The notes under the pieces: generated by a model
Database searches by the model: none
What the model was told of the DNA's origin: nothing
The model's input: only the letters and a program-made list of their open reading frames with translations
Part shown: piece after piece, positions 44,837 to 56,000 of the stretch
Layout of the letters: the number at the start of each line of letters is the position of its first letter
Numbering within the stretch: position 1 is the first letter of the stretch
Translations under genes and position numbers: made by a program
From: a virus
Lineage: Duplodnaviria > Caudoviricetes
Virus record (IMG/VR): IMGVR_UViG_3300020112_000204
Span: 1 to 64,000 of that record
DNA length: 64,000 bases
Reading direction: 5' to 3' (one strand)

Positions 44837-45421
44837 TTAGCTTAAAGTCAGGGTAAAACGCATAGTCCTCTCGACAGACATATCTGTAGTCTTATTGATT
44901 ACAGCGTGGTTCCTCTTATTTATCATAAGACCACTATCTGCGGATGTCGTAGCATTTCCTCCAAAGATACCAAACTCACGCCAGCTACCATTACAGTCAT
45001 TTACTCCGAATGTGTGCGTAATCTGAATTACATTCGTGGGATTAGCAGTTTCATTACCACTACCATCTAGGAACTTAATCTCGGAAGCGGGTATCGCAAC
45101 TCTACCTATCTCACTCGTAAGCTTTACATCATTCAATGTGGGGCCCGGGGTGGAACTATCCCAAGAGCTACTTCCCTGCCCTACCGCCCAGTAAGTGATT
45201 CCTGAATAGCCTGACTGATTCTTAATTAAGCTCATTATCAGCTTCAGAGCCTGACTTACTACTAGATTGTGACCTACACGAGTTTCAATGAGAACTCCAT
45301 CTTTATAAATCTTGTCCTCTATGTCACCTACCATCTTGAGTGACTTTCCCACTACTGCTGAAAGTCGTACTCCCATTTCTTCGCAATCCTGCGAGCCTAA
45401 AATCTTAGTGTCTGAGTCCAT
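44837..45421 (-). CDS. tail-collar/fibre attachment-like protein
   Basis: HNLVV, YWAVGQG, LTSEIGR, WREFGIF pattern typical of myovirus fibre/baseplate proteins. Confidence 0.6.
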   Translation of the reverse strand: MDSDTKILGSQDCEEMGVRLSAVVGKSLKMVGDIEDKIYKDGVLIETRVGHNLVVSQALKLIMSLIKNQSGYSGITYWAVGQGSSSWDSSTPGPTLNDVKLTSEIGRVAIPASEIKFLDGSGNETANPTNVIQITHTFGVNDCNGSWREFGIFGGNATTSADSGLMINKRNHAVINKTTDMSVERTMRFTLTLS

Positions 45422-45497
45422 AGCTTTCCTCCTTAATTGTTTCTATACATATAGTCGTTATGAATGTACTATCAAAGTTACACTGAATACAGTACTA

Positions 45498-45785
45498 TTA
45501 GTTCTCAACATTATAGCAATGCTCTGGAATAATGGCATCAACTACCGCCATATCAGAAGTCAGGTAGTTTTCTACAACCAAAAAAGATGATGCGATAGTT
45601 TTTTCAAAGCACGAACCTCTTGTATGACATTCTGCAACATTATATTGACTACTTACCCATTCATCAAAGGTCATTCCTTCTTCAAAGAAATAGGTATCAA
45701 TGTCACTTTGATTGCCATTAAGAGATACATAAAACTTAAGAAGTTTTCTTGATGTTATTATTATGCCATCTCCAACTATACTCAT
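45498..45785 (-). CDS. small tail-region protein, paralog A
   Basis: FFEEGMTFDEWVSSQYNV shared with neighbour. Confidence 0.65.
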   Translation of the reverse strand: MSIVGDGIIITSRKLLKFYVSLNGNQSDIDTYFFEEGMTFDEWVSSQYNVAECHTRGSCFEKTIASSFLVVENYLTSDMAVVDAIIPEHCYNVEN

Positions 45786-46072
45786 TATACTACACCTCTA
45801 TAAATAGCATTTTCCTCAATATCATCGTAATAAACCATATCAGATGATGTGATATCACTAGTAATCAAGCGACCACGCCCTCCAACATACCAGACACTAC
45901 CCATGTTACTCTGCTGAACATTGTAGGGGCTACCTATCCAATCATTAAAAGTCATGCCCTCCTCAAAAAAGAAGGTATCTTCAGTGTCGCTTTCCCTTTT
46001 ATAATAGAACTTTTTTAGCTCTACACTTCTGGAAATGGGTATACCCTTACCTATTATACTCATTATACTACC
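45785..46072 (-). CDS. small tail-region protein, paralog B (start probably MSIIGKG)
   Basis: FFEEGMTFNDWIGSPYNV; GGAGG RBS before ATG 46072. Confidence 0.65.
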   Translation of the reverse strand, partial: GSIMSIIGKGIPISRSVELKKFYYKRESDTEDTFFFEEGMTFNDWIGSPYNVQQSNMGSVWYVGGRGRLITSDITSSDMVYYDDIEENAIYRGVV

Positions 46073-46611
46073 TCCGCAACAGAGCACTGAACGGTCATAG
46101 CTTGAGTCGGCTTTGCACCTATAGCATACGCAGTGAGCGTACCATCAGTGTTACTAATGAATAGAGCGGATACCTTGTCAGTGATGAGACGACTTATTGC
46201 ATAAGCATTAGGTTGCAAGTCTACCTTACTATTAGCAGTTATCATCTGACCCGTTACAGTCACAACCTGTGTATAAGGACTGCTATTACCTGTCCAAGAA
46301 GTACTGAAAGCAATAGAACCCATCTTAGTGAGCCTACCCTCAAGATAGGCATTTGTGTCTGCGTTCTGAATGAAAGCTTTATTACCATCAACATCAAAGT
46401 CAAGAACTACTGTAACAAGAGCATTGCTAGCGAAGGCTTCATATTCCCAATCTAAATCTACCCCATGGGCATCGCACAACTCGAAAAATGTCGGGGTTCC
46501 ATCATAGTAAATTTTCAAACCCATAGTGCTTGAGGCACTACAAGGAGCCTTAAACACAACCCTTTCACCCTCAAACGGTGCGTGGTCTAGGTCTACTCTT
46601 ATATATGACAT
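46063..46611 (-). CDS. putative tail fibre-associated protein
   Basis: W...SPYTQ.VTV...TANSKVDL repeat typical of Firmicute phage fibres. Confidence 0.6.
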   Translation of the reverse strand: MSYIRVDLDHAPFEGERVVFKAPCSASSTMGLKIYYDGTPTFFELCDAHGVDLDWEYEAFASNALVTVVLDFDVDGNKAFIQNADTNAYLEGRLTKMGSIAFSTSWTGNSSPYTQVVTVTGQMITANSKVDLQPNAYAISRLITDKVSALFISNTDGTLTAYAIGAKPTQAMTVQCSVAEVV

Positions 46612-46620
46612 ACTTACCTC

Positions 46621-47556
46621 CTATTCTATGGTAGCTGAGTACAAATTAGACATACTAACCAAATCAAAGCCTAGCTCATTGTAATTCGCAAGAGCTATAG
46701 CAGAAGCCCTTGTCTGACCGTAGAGTACGGTTGCAGGGGTGGGTACTTGGTCGTCTATATCTAAGTATGTCTTTACCGCATAGCTTTCTAGACTATAGCA
46801 TAGCTTCTGAACTGAAGCTGGGAAAGGCTCAAACTTAGGAGTGGCTAAGACTGCATAAAATCCACCAGTCAGGTATGACTTTGCCGCTGAGAGACTTGTG
46901 AAGAAACTGTTTGAGGTGCTGTCCTTAATACAAATGTAGCTTGTACTGCCTACCTTATACGCAGAACATCTAACTTTGTCCTCATAGTCATCATAGTCAT
47001 TATCGGGTATTCCTAATGCTATAAAGGATGACATAAGAACTTTGTCCCCATCATTCATCAAGTCCTTTTCTACAGCTAGGACTATCTGATTTCCTGTATT
47101 CGAGGTGGAGAACTGCACTCTTTCCAAGTATGGGTTCCATACTTGGTAATGCACTCTTCTTAGTACTCCCCAAACTCCATCTATTTTGCATATCTCATCG
47201 TGAAACTCCCCTACACTTCTTAGGGGGTCATTGGTGAGTATCTCAAAGGTCTTAACAAGAGTCTTAACCCCATTAACATCTTTTGATAGCTTAACTGTAA
47301 CTGAGCAATCATCTTTTGTCTGAGTCAGATTAGCAGTATTTGTAGCATAGGCTCTATTATTCGGTGCGGGTACCGCCCTATCAAACACAGTACTTCCTAC
47401 TATGCGAACTAGCTTAATTCCACCCTCATCTGTAGGGAGCTCAAGAGCATTTCCCGTAGCTGAGAATACTCCATCTACACCATCTTGCAGATTATCATAG
47501 AGAGCCTTATTCATTACTGTGACACCATCTTGTGTCTGAGTTCTCTGGTAAGACAT
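46621..47556 (-). CDS. putative tail fibre / receptor-binding protein
   Basis: Position; N-terminal LYDNLQDGV, DEICKIDG..GVLRRV, YAVLATP. Confidence 0.55.
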   Translation of the reverse strand: MSYQRTQTQDGVTVMNKALYDNLQDGVDGVFSATGNALELPTDEGGIKLVRIVGSTVFDRAVPAPNNRAYATNTANLTQTKDDCSVTVKLSKDVNGVKTLVKTFEILTNDPLRSVGEFHDEICKIDGVWGVLRRVHYQVWNPYLERVQFSTSNTGNQIVLAVEKDLMNDGDKVLMSSFIALGIPDNDYDDYEDKVRCSAYKVGSTSYICIKDSTSNSFFTSLSAAKSYLTGGFYAVLATPKFEPFPASVQKLCYSLESYAVKTYLDIDDQVPTPATVLYGQTRASAIALANYNELGFDLVSMSNLYSATIE

Positions 47557-47604
47557 ACACTACCTCCCAACAAGTACTTGTTATATGATACCATTTCTAC
47601 TAAC

Positions 47605-47633
47605 ATTTTACCACGCGTAACAAAAGTATTCAA
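47605..47633 (-). promoter_or_regulatory. sigma-A-type promoter TTGAAT-N17-TAAAAT with extended TG
   Basis: Intergenic, upstream of the fibre genes. Confidence 0.65.
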
Positions 47634-47643
47634 GCTACTCTTG

Positions 47644-48483
47644 TCAATAATTAACTGTAGTTTCTATAAACTCGTCATTACCAAAAACAGCTACACCAAA
47701 GTCACAGAGAGCAAACATAGCGTTTCTAGGAGAAGCAGTTCTTACTTTACTAGATACTGTGTCTCCAATCAATAGACTAGAACTTTCGGGCAAACTGGAT
47801 TTGACAGTGTCTCTTTCATACTCACTTGCAATAGCTGAACCTGACTCTGTGTGTATCAAAACCACAGCCTGTTTGAATAACTCAGGCACTGTAAGAGCAG
47901 AGGAATCTAGCATCAACTCCTTAATCAAATCCGAGGAGCCTTCAGTAAGGGACATTGATGCTGAGTCCATAAACTTATACACATACACTATTGTCATAAC
48001 CATGTAAAACGGCAGAAACTCTTCGAGTACTTCCCTGAGCTTGCTAGCTGGTATATTTTCGTTGTACAGGTCATAGTCCATATCTAGTCTAAGAGTCGTG
48101 TGAGTCCTATCATCTGGGTCAGGGCTGTACTGAATAGTCGTTCTAATTCCTGTAAGTTCTGAAACAATGTACTCAATAACTGAACCCGTGCCTTTATACT
48201 TAAGCAAATCCACGATGTTCCTCAGGATTTTTCTCTGCCTCGAAGTACTCAACTCATCGTCATACAACGCACCAAAGTTATTGTACATCCGGGGAATTAC
48301 AGAGTCTGGGCAAAAACCAATGTCCAAGACATCGTGCATCATTTCTAGTTTCTTTATCAAAGGGATTGCTGGGTCAGTAAGAGCATATGTGAACCTCTGG
48401 AGTAACAAGTCTTCATCATAGATTCTATAAACACTGGGGTATCTAGAGTACAAGTACTCCTGAAACTTATCTGAAAGATTCAT
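47644..48483 (-). CDS. baseplate wedge protein (P2 gpI-like)
   Basis: YLYSRYPSVYR..D, KYKGT..VIE; follows baseplate J. Confidence 0.7.
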   Translation of the reverse strand: MNLSDKFQEYLYSRYPSVYRIYDEDLLLQRFTYALTDPAIPLIKKLEMMHDVLDIGFCPDSVIPRMYNNFGALYDDELSTSRQRKILRNIVDLLKYKGTGSVIEYIVSELTGIRTTIQYSPDPDDRTHTTLRLDMDYDLYNENIPASKLREVLEEFLPFYMVMTIVYVYKFMDSASMSLTEGSSDLIKELMLDSSALTVPELFKQAVVLIHTESGSAIASEYERDTVKSSLPESSSLLIGDTVSSKVRTASPRNAMFALCDFGVAVFGNDEFIETTVNY

Positions 48484-48484
48484 G

Positions 48485-49975
48485 TTAAATCGCCCCCACA
48501 GAAAGAGTTCCTAAAACTATTACCTCGCTCTCAAGCATCGTAGAAGCCGTGCTTGTTGACCCTATAACAATGTCTGTTGTCGGGGAGTCTATGAACACAG
48601 ACCTAAGATGCTCCACACCCGTTTCTGTGTTGGACAATGCCGATATTATATCAGACAAGTATAGTTCTTCACCTATACCTCTACAACCCAAGTCAAGCAA
48701 GGAGTGAACCATACTAGATATACTTGCACTAACCTGACTCGTATAAACTGAGCTTGATGCTCTAAATCTTATTGAGAGATTCACTGTCTTAATAGTCGCC
48801 GCTGATATTGTAAAGGTAGTGCCAACCATAACCTTGTTGCTAAGATACTGAGTAAGCTCATTTATAAGTGACTGGCTGACAACTACTGCTCCCTGAGACT
48901 GCTCAGGGTCTTCAGGAAGGATATACACTGTAGTGGCAAGAGTGCCTGTCTTAAGAGTTTTGCTAGAGAATACCTTATTTGTAGCTAAGATAAGATTGTC
49001 ATAGTCATTTAGAGTAACTGCTCTACCCAATGAGTTCACACTGGCAGGGATATTCCTCTTAAGCTCTTCGAGGGTCTCTTGGTCTACACCTGACTCGTAA
49101 GCCGTAGCAGGATTAAAAGTACTCTCCAGACCACGGATATGGGATACCAAGGACACTATCTTTCCTGCTCCAACATTTCCGAAAGTTCCTCCACCGACAC
49201 GATAAGATGCAACAATACCATTCTCATAAGTAGTAGGTATTGCACCCCTTATACCATCACCAAACCTAACTGTGACTGTGTTGAACTCATCAGTAGAAGC
49301 CGTAAAATGCCTGTCTGTTTCGATGGAGTTTATAAAGTTATCCACCTTAGTCCATCTCTCGTACCTGTCATTATTGTACACCTCAATGAACAGAGAATCT
49401 AGAATGACGGGTTCGTATCCTAGCTGAAACTCCTGACCTGCAGTGCCGTCTGAAGTGCCCAGTATCTCCCTGCTCATCGTAGCTCCCTGAACTATGGAAG
49501 CCTGATACAGATACTCATCGTTTGCGTCCTGCTCTATACCTGTTGCATTAGGCGGGATAGAGAAGTCCTCTTCAACCTCAAACATAATCTGAGGCTCAAT
49601 CTGGTTAGCCTCTGTGCTAACCTTGAACCCCTTTGGAATCAAGTACCCAGACGAAGAGGGCGTAACCTTAAACACCTGATGGAACTTTGCAGGTAATGCG
49701 TGGGCAGGAGTGTACGACATCTGACTAGCTATTTTCAAAGCACTCTTTCTGTCTTTGCAGGTAGCAAGAAACAACTCATTAACCTGCCTATCAGTATAGT
49801 AACTTATTACATCTAGACCGTGAGCAAACAACTCTGCCATAACTACACCGAAGTCACTCTCACTAAAATCAGTGTACTCAGGTATCCTGAGTTTAATGCA
49901 CTCAATCATATCATTGCGTAGACCCTCGTAGTCAATGCTGGTATAGTCTATATCTTGCAAAACAACTCTACCCAA
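48485..49975 (-). CDS. baseplate J-like protein
   Basis: DYTSIDYEGLR, YTDFSESDFG, YRVGGG..GNV, G.DQET.EE..RAVTL.DY. Confidence 0.88.
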   Translation of the reverse strand: MGRVVLQDIDYTSIDYEGLRNDMIECIKLRIPEYTDFSESDFGVVMAELFAHGLDVISYYTDRQVNELFLATCKDRKSALKIASQMSYTPAHALPAKFHQVFKVTPSSSGYLIPKGFKVSTEANQIEPQIMFEVEEDFSIPPNATGIEQDANDEYLYQASIVQGATMSREILGTSDGTAGQEFQLGYEPVILDSLFIEVYNNDRYERWTKVDNFINSIETDRHFTASTDEFNTVTVRFGDGIRGAIPTTYENGIVASYRVGGGTFGNVGAGKIVSLVSHIRGLESTFNPATAYESGVDQETLEELKRNIPASVNSLGRAVTLNDYDNLILATNKVFSSKTLKTGTLATTVYILPEDPEQSQGAVVVSQSLINELTQYLSNKVMVGTTFTISAATIKTVNLSIRFRASSSVYTSQVSASISSMVHSLLDLGCRGIGEELYLSDIISALSNTETGVEHLRSVFIDSPTTDIVIGSTSTASTMLESEVIVLGTLSVGAI

Positions 49976-50360
49976 TGCTACTTACACCTCCTATTGAAAT
50001 CGGAATCGTATCCTTGATACCTAAGTCCACTGATACAAAGGTAACTATAGCGGTGACTTGGTTATCATTTACCTCTATGTCGATATCCTCTTCTGAAACC
50101 TCTACTCTAGGCTCTAGCTTATCAATGGTACTGATAATCAAGGACTTAATCATAGTCATAGCTGACCTGTCCACCTCAAACACACTAAGCTCAAGTGGGC
50201 AACAGTGGGTCACTTCCATAACCCTCTCATACTTCCTTGTAGCGAGTAACTGCTCAATAGCCTGTGCCAAATGGGTCGGGGACTCAATCGTAGTTCCTGA
50301 CAGCAGAACTCCACCCTTGCTATTAAGTCTAAACGGAAAGGACACACCCTTGTATCCCAT
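49968..50360 (-). CDS. gp25/GPW-like baseplate wedge protein
   Basis: GVSFPFR, IEQLL.T..ERVM, EPRV. Confidence 0.8.
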   Translation of the reverse strand: MGYKGVSFPFRLNSKGGVLLSGTTIESPTHLAQAIEQLLATRKYERVMEVTHCCPLELSVFEVDRSAMTMIKSLIISTIDKLEPRVEVSEEDIDIEVNDNQVTAIVTFVSVDLGIKDTIPISIGGVSSIG

Positions 50361-50371
50361 ATAAATTCCTC

Positions 50372-50806
50372 CTATTCGGAAAGCTCATCTGGAACTATTA
50401 TCTCCTCCAGATTTGAGTCATAACTTATACCATGTCCTCTTGAGATGCCTCCTGTTACAGTGAGGTCTCCGTGCACCTTAATGGAACTATCAAGAAACTC
50501 TAGCAAAGTTCCATTTATCTTTATACCCTTAAAGCTCGGGGCTTTCCCCTTAGTGAACCATCCACCAGACCATACGGGCAAATCTATGTTTCCCTGTTCA
50601 AACTCTATCCACACGAGGTCTCCTACTGTAATATCCCAACCAACCATAGCCTCGTCAAAGCTAAAGTTTAAGCAAGGAAGAGCCCAACCTGTAGTATACC
50701 CATCTAGGAGCTTAGGAACTTCGGCTCGTATCCTGTACATACCTCCAGTGGTGTCTACAGCAACAACTCTTCCTCGATACTTACCGTAGTACTTATTTTC
50801 TGCCAT
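50372..50806 (-). CDS. baseplate spike (gpV / gp5 OB-fold)
   Basis: YYGKYRGRV, RIRA.VP, GWALPC, VGDLVWIEFEQG...PVW.G. Confidence 0.85.
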   Translation of the reverse strand: MAENKYYGKYRGRVVAVDTTGGMYRIRAEVPKLLDGYTTGWALPCLNFSFDEAMVGWDITVGDLVWIEFEQGNIDLPVWSGGWFTKGKAPSFKGIKINGTLLEFLDSSIKVHGDLTVTGGISRGHGISYDSNLEEIIVPDELSE

Positions 50807-50817
50807 AACAAATCACC

Positions 50818-51441
50818 TCACGAACTGGGTAGGGAGAAAACCTGACCTGGGTAAATCAAGTTAGGATTACTGCCTATTATGCTCTTGTTCATTTCATATA
50901 TTTCTGTCCATCTAGAACCCTTACCTAATTGCTTGAGAGCAATAATATAAAGGGTATCACCATACTTAACTGTATACTCCCTAGTAGCTAACCCAGATAC
51001 TGATACTGAACTTAGAGATTCCCTAGTCGAGCCAGTACTCGAACTACCAGTCTGAGTCTTAGACTTAACACCTAAGCTATCTTTATGAACAACAAGAGTC
51101 TGATTCATAGATGTACTATTAACAGATACCTTTACCTCTGAAATATAGTACACGGAACTAAAGACACTACCCAAACCCTCTAGCTCTATAGCGTCCCTAC
51201 ACTTTATACCCATGTCTGGAACTGTGACATTTATAGTACCCTCAACTATGTCATAGGCAGTTTCCTCATACTCGGATTCTGAAGTCTGGTCTTTACTGTC
51301 TGATGAGCCTGAGGAAGAACTCTCAACCTCTGTCGGAGTGTCCCTTTGGGGCAACACACCTGTTGAGGCATTATTAGCGGTGCCACCAGTAGTGGTGTCT
51401 TCAACTGTTACCCACCTACCATTAACATACTTCTTAGCCAT
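50818..51441 (-). CDS. LysM-containing baseplate/tail protein
   Basis: YTVKYGDTLYIIA..LG.G.RW.EIY..N...NPNLIYPGQ. Confidence 0.8.
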   Translation of the reverse strand: MAKKYVNGRWVTVEDTTTGGTANNASTGVLPQRDTPTEVESSSSGSSDSKDQTSESEYEETAYDIVEGTINVTVPDMGIKCRDAIELEGLGSVFSSVYYISEVKVSVNSTSMNQTLVVHKDSLGVKSKTQTGSSSTGSTRESLSSVSVSGLATREYTVKYGDTLYIIALKQLGKGSRWTEIYEMNKSIIGSNPNLIYPGQVFSLPSS

Positions 51442-51453
51442 AACCTCACCTCA

Positions 51454-52278
51454 TCATACTGTTATCCACTTACCGTTAACATACTTCTTAGATGTACCTG
51501 TGTTATCTGTTCCCTTCGGAGTGCCTTGGTTAGTTCCTGTGCTACTGTCAGAAACTGTAGCAGTTGTCGTAGTCTTAGTAGTGCTACCTGTTGAAGCATT
51601 GATATTTGCAGAAGATTTCTTAATCTTAAGCTTACCCTTTGTAAGCCTTGGGTTAAAACTAAGAATTTGACCATTACCAGTCTTGTACCCTAGCTTCTTT
51701 CCGCTTAAGTTAGGCATCGCCCTTTCTACAAAGTATGCGTCTTTACCATCAACATACCAAATGAAATTCCTGTGCGTAACCTTTCCCACAAGTGAGTTCA
51801 TAAAAGTGGCATCTGACTGTTTGCTCTGAGATACAGACTCTTCTACATAATCAGTATCGTCAACATGAGCAGATAGACCATAACTCATAAATATCTCACG
51901 AGCCACTTCAGACACTTTCTTGTTTTCCCAGCTACGAGTTTTCTCTTCCTCCGACATCGGGTAAGACTCATCAAGACAAGTAATAGTCAATTTTACTAAA
52001 TCAGCGAAGTCCACATCTAATACTGAAATGTACCCAATAAATTTACAGTACTCTGCCCTACGACTATACCAAGCACAAGTGAACGAAACCTTTGCTTTCT
52101 TAACAAGGTATGAACCTGTCAAATACTCCATTGCGTTGTCTACCATCTTTATAGTCAGAGTACTAGAACCTGATTCTTTAACCTCGAGTGTAATGTCTGT
52201 GATTCGTCTCTTTACCTCATCGCTCACTTCTGAGCCATTGATAGTCAAAGAGTACCACCTAGCTAATACCTCGCTCAA
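51454..52278 (-). CDS. baseplate hub (late control D / gp27-like)
   Basis: Position; IT...DESY.M, Q.KQSD..F, G....SFNP. Confidence 0.75.
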   Translation of the reverse strand: MSEVLARWYSLTINGSEVSDEVKRRITDITLEVKESGSSTLTIKMVDNAMEYLTGSYLVKKAKVSFTCAWYSRRAEYCKFIGYISVLDVDFADLVKLTITCLDESYPMSEEEKTRSWENKKVSEVAREIFMSYGLSAHVDDTDYVEESVSQSKQSDATFMNSLVGKVTHRNFIWYVDGKDAYFVERAMPNLSGKKLGYKTGNGQILSFNPRLTKGKLKIKKSSANINASTGSTTKTTTTATVSDSSTGTNQGTPKGTDNTGTSKKYVNGKWITV

Positions 52279-52565
52279 ATCCTATCGACCACCTTTTTAA
52301 CATCTGGGATTACCAACTGGTCTCCTGTCGAAATCTCACCCTCCCACTTGTACTTCGGATTCGACTCAAGAATTACCCACCAAAGCTGGCTAGTACCATA
52401 GTACTCATAGGCTAGAACATCTAGCCTATCTCCCTCTTTCCACACATGAGTCATTGAGCCCTCTGTCGGAAATGAAAACAGAGGTCTAGAAGTGAAGAGC
52501 ACCTTCTGGGTGCTTCTATCTATCGTAACTGGAGTTTTTCTGTACCTAGTGTACTTATAAATCAT
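52275..52565 (-). CDS. tail X-like LysM protein
   Basis: GDRLDVLAYEYYG...LWWVI..SNP. Confidence 0.8.
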   Translation of the reverse strand: MIYKYTRYRKTPVTIDRSTQKVLFTSRPLFSFPTEGSMTHVWKEGDRLDVLAYEYYGTSQLWWVILESNPKYKWEGEISTGDQLVIPDVKKVVDRI

Positions 52566-52999
52566 ACAACCACCTCAATCAGAGTAACAGAGACTGTAGC
52601 TTCTATTGCCTTGAGTGACTCATCAAACTCTGTGTACTTAACAGTAATTGCTGACATAACACAATCGGCTGAATAATCGCCTAAGGCAAGTCTAAGCAGA
52701 TGGGGAGGCTCAAAAGTAGTTCTAGTAGACTTAGCTGGAACAAAGCTCTTGAGCCATTTTACCCAAGACTTTACCTCATCGGGAGTACCCCTAAGGTAAA
52801 TTTCTAGTGGGATAGAATTTGCACTACCACTTCCAAACTCAAGCATAGGGTACGCACTTCCTACCCCGCTTATCGTGGAGTAATTTACAGTAACTGACTC
52901 TGAGAAAGCAGTTGGATTAAACATAAAATACTTAATCTCATCTGTGACAAGGTCTCTAATGTAACCTTTGACCCTAGCCCCTTTTGACCTTACTCCCAT
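52562..52999 (-). CDS. tail tube initiator / CIS-tube-like protein
   Basis: FMFNP..FSES, PP.L..G, Y..FD..L..ATVSVTL.E. Confidence 0.65.
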   Translation of the reverse strand: MGVRSKGARVKGYIRDLVTDEIKYFMFNPTAFSESVTVNYSTISGVGSAYPMLEFGSGSANSIPLEIYLRGTPDEVKSWVKWLKSFVPAKSTRTTFEPPHLLRLALGDYSADCVMSAITVKYTEFDESLKAIEATVSVTLIEVVV

Positions 53000-53010
53000 G
53001 CCTAATCCTC

Positions 53011-56000
53011 CTATGCGTAACTTCTAATACTTTCAATCTCCTGCTTTCTGCGGATAATATCCACAAGCTTATCCACGAGTCCCTCAAGGTCTTCAACACT
53101 TGCGTTATCAACTTTAGCAATGATGCTACCAGCCTCAAACACAACAGAATTAGCACTTCCACCATTTGATGTAGACATTCTAGCCAAAGTATCTACAAGG
53201 CGGTCAATCTTTGCTACCAGAGAGCTTACCGCAGAGTTAGCACCATCTGCGTATGCTTTCTGAACAGTCTCATCATGCGGATATACCCTACTACCAGCAG
53301 GGAGGTCTACGATTTCGCCGCCCTTTTCAGAAATCTGAGCGACACCGCCCTGCCAATTATCAGTACCTGTTGCAAGAGCAGGAAGGGACAGTGGCGTAAT
53401 TTTGCTAATACTGACCCCCGGAATCTTATTGACAATACTAATAGCAGAGTTGATAGCACTAATAAACCCATTGATAATCTTGCAAGCAATATTCAGAACA
53501 CCATTTACAGCACTCTTAACAGTATTTGTGATTGCGTTCCCTATTGCAGTACCTACATTTGAGAAGATTCTCTTAATTGCATCCCAGATACCTGAGAAAA
53601 AGCTTGTAATCTTTCCAAATACACTCGTAATTCCATCATAGGCTTTCTTAAATACATCGCTAAAGAAGTTCTTTACTGGAGCGAATACATTCTTGACTCC
53701 CCGCCATACATTGGAGAACCAACCTGTTACAGAACTCCATACAGATTTAATTCCATTCCAGCAATCACTAAAAAATCCTGTGACGGCAGTTACTATGCTA
53801 TGCACAATAGAAACGAGGCTATCCCATAATCCCTTGAAGAAGTCTATTATCGGGGAGATTACATTGTCATAAATCCATCTCACCGCTGCTGAGACGAGGG
53901 CATAGATTATCTCAAAAACCTTAACATGAATCTCTACAATCTTCATTATTATAGGCAGAATATAGGTCTTTACAAAATTGACCACTGGCTCTATGACCTT
54001 AGAGTACACCCAATTAGCTACGGTACTGAATACACTCTTGATAGATTCCCAAGCTCCTGTGAAAAAGCCTACCACGGGGTCTATGACATTAGTCTTAAAC
54101 CACTCAGCTACTCCTGAAAACCAGCCCTTAATCTTTTCCCAACCATTCTTCATAGCCTCTACTACCTTATCCCAATTCTGGATAAGCTTAACTATACCAT
54201 AAACGAGGGCTACTATTGCGGCTACTATTGCGGCAATCAGTAACACTATAGGAAGAGACTGAAGAGCAATCATAAGACCATTGTAGATGCCTTGAAGTAC
54301 ATTAGATATCGTCTGGACTGCGTTCCATGCAATCATTGCTACCCTAACCGCAGTAACAGCAATCCGGTATGCACCTAAAATAGACACTACCCACGCAATA
54401 ATCTTACCAAGGGTTCTCCAAAAATCTAGGTCTACACCGCTACTAAACAAAGAACCCAATCCTTTGAAATCAAAAGAGAACAACTCTCCAAAAGCGATAA
54501 GCACGGGGTCTAGGACAGAAGCAATAGCTGAGAAAGCTGTAGAAGCCACACCCGCTATTGTTTCAAACCCCTCGGTCAAACCCCCCCATACCTGTTCTCC
54601 GGCTGCCTTAAGGTCTAGGAACTTTTCAATAAGCGGGAGCAAACCTCTTTCCTCAAGCTTAATGAACATCTCATCAGAAAGCGTGTTATCTGCCCAAGCG
54701 TCCGACAAACCTTGGAAGAACAGCATAAAGTCCATTATCTTAAGGGCGAGCCAATCCCACCACTTACCACTCTCTTCGAGTCTCCTAGTCTCAGACAGAA
54801 AGTCACTAACTCCACCCTGTGCCAAACTCCTAGCGGTGGAGAACGAGTTCTTCAAATTCGTTACAAATCCTGTAACTATAGTCTTAATTCCTAAGAAGTC
54901 TGTTTTCCATGCTAAATACACCGCTCCTGCTATCAAGGCTAGTGGCAACATCTTTACAAGCAAACCCTTAAATGCCGTTCCGACACCACTTAGCATTGCT
55001 GGAAGCCCCTTCAAAAATCCTGTAAAAGCTACTAGTCCAGACTTTATTGCCACCAAATTCTTGCTTAGAGCAAAGAAGCCCAGTGCTAATCCAATAACTC
55101 CTGCTACAGCCAGTGATGCAACACCTGCAATCTTCAAAAGTCCACCGCCGAATGCCACTATCGTTGTTGCTATCTTTGCAATCGCAGGGTTTTTGTCAAT
55201 AAGCTCAGCCAATGCACTAGATACTTTATACTTTATCTTACTGAAGAAAACATCAAATGCAGGGGTAGCTTCACCTAGCTTAATCTGTAGAGTCTGAACA
55301 GCACCATTTGCCAGTTCTTCCATACCCTCAGCAGTGTTACGCATAAGCTCTGCACCATCCGAAACTACACCATTACACTCCTTAAATCCATTGATAATAT
55401 CCTCAAGGGAGTTCTTTGCTGAGGCATTAGGGTCTTCTACATACTTACCCAGTGACTCATCATAAATCATAAATGCGGACTCGGAGAGTTCTAGAGCAGT
55501 AAGCAAGTTATTAGCTTGGTCTCCGAATACTGTCTGCATAGCAGTCAGCTTATCCTCCTGAGACAGATTTGCAGTACTAGCCATTATGTCTTGGAATATG
55601 TCCACCATACTCCTTAACTGACCTTCGGCATCCCAGAATGTGCTTTCATCAATACCCAAGACCTCTAAAGCTGATGCCTTTGTGCCTTTCATATTTCCGC
55701 TTTTCATCTGGGCTGACAACTGTTTAATCTTTCTACCAAAGCCTTGTACCGTAGCACCTGCCTGTGCAGAGCCTTGACCGATATTTACAAGGAGTGAGCC
55801 TAGGGACATTACTTCTTCAAGGGTTACTCCTAAGGACGCTGGCATAGAGCCAATCGAGTTTATGAACGATGACACATCCTCAGGCTTAAACGCAGAGACT
55901 CTAGAAGCAGTAGCAAGTACATCTGCGATATGCTCGACCTGTTCCTCAGTAGCTGAGAGATTGAACTTGTTAATAGTACTTGCAATTACAGAGGCACTAT

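Noticed and set aside
45498-46072. Diversity-generating retroelement TR/VR pair
   Set aside because: Differences between the paralogs are not adenine-specific, and there is no reverse transcriptase in the window.
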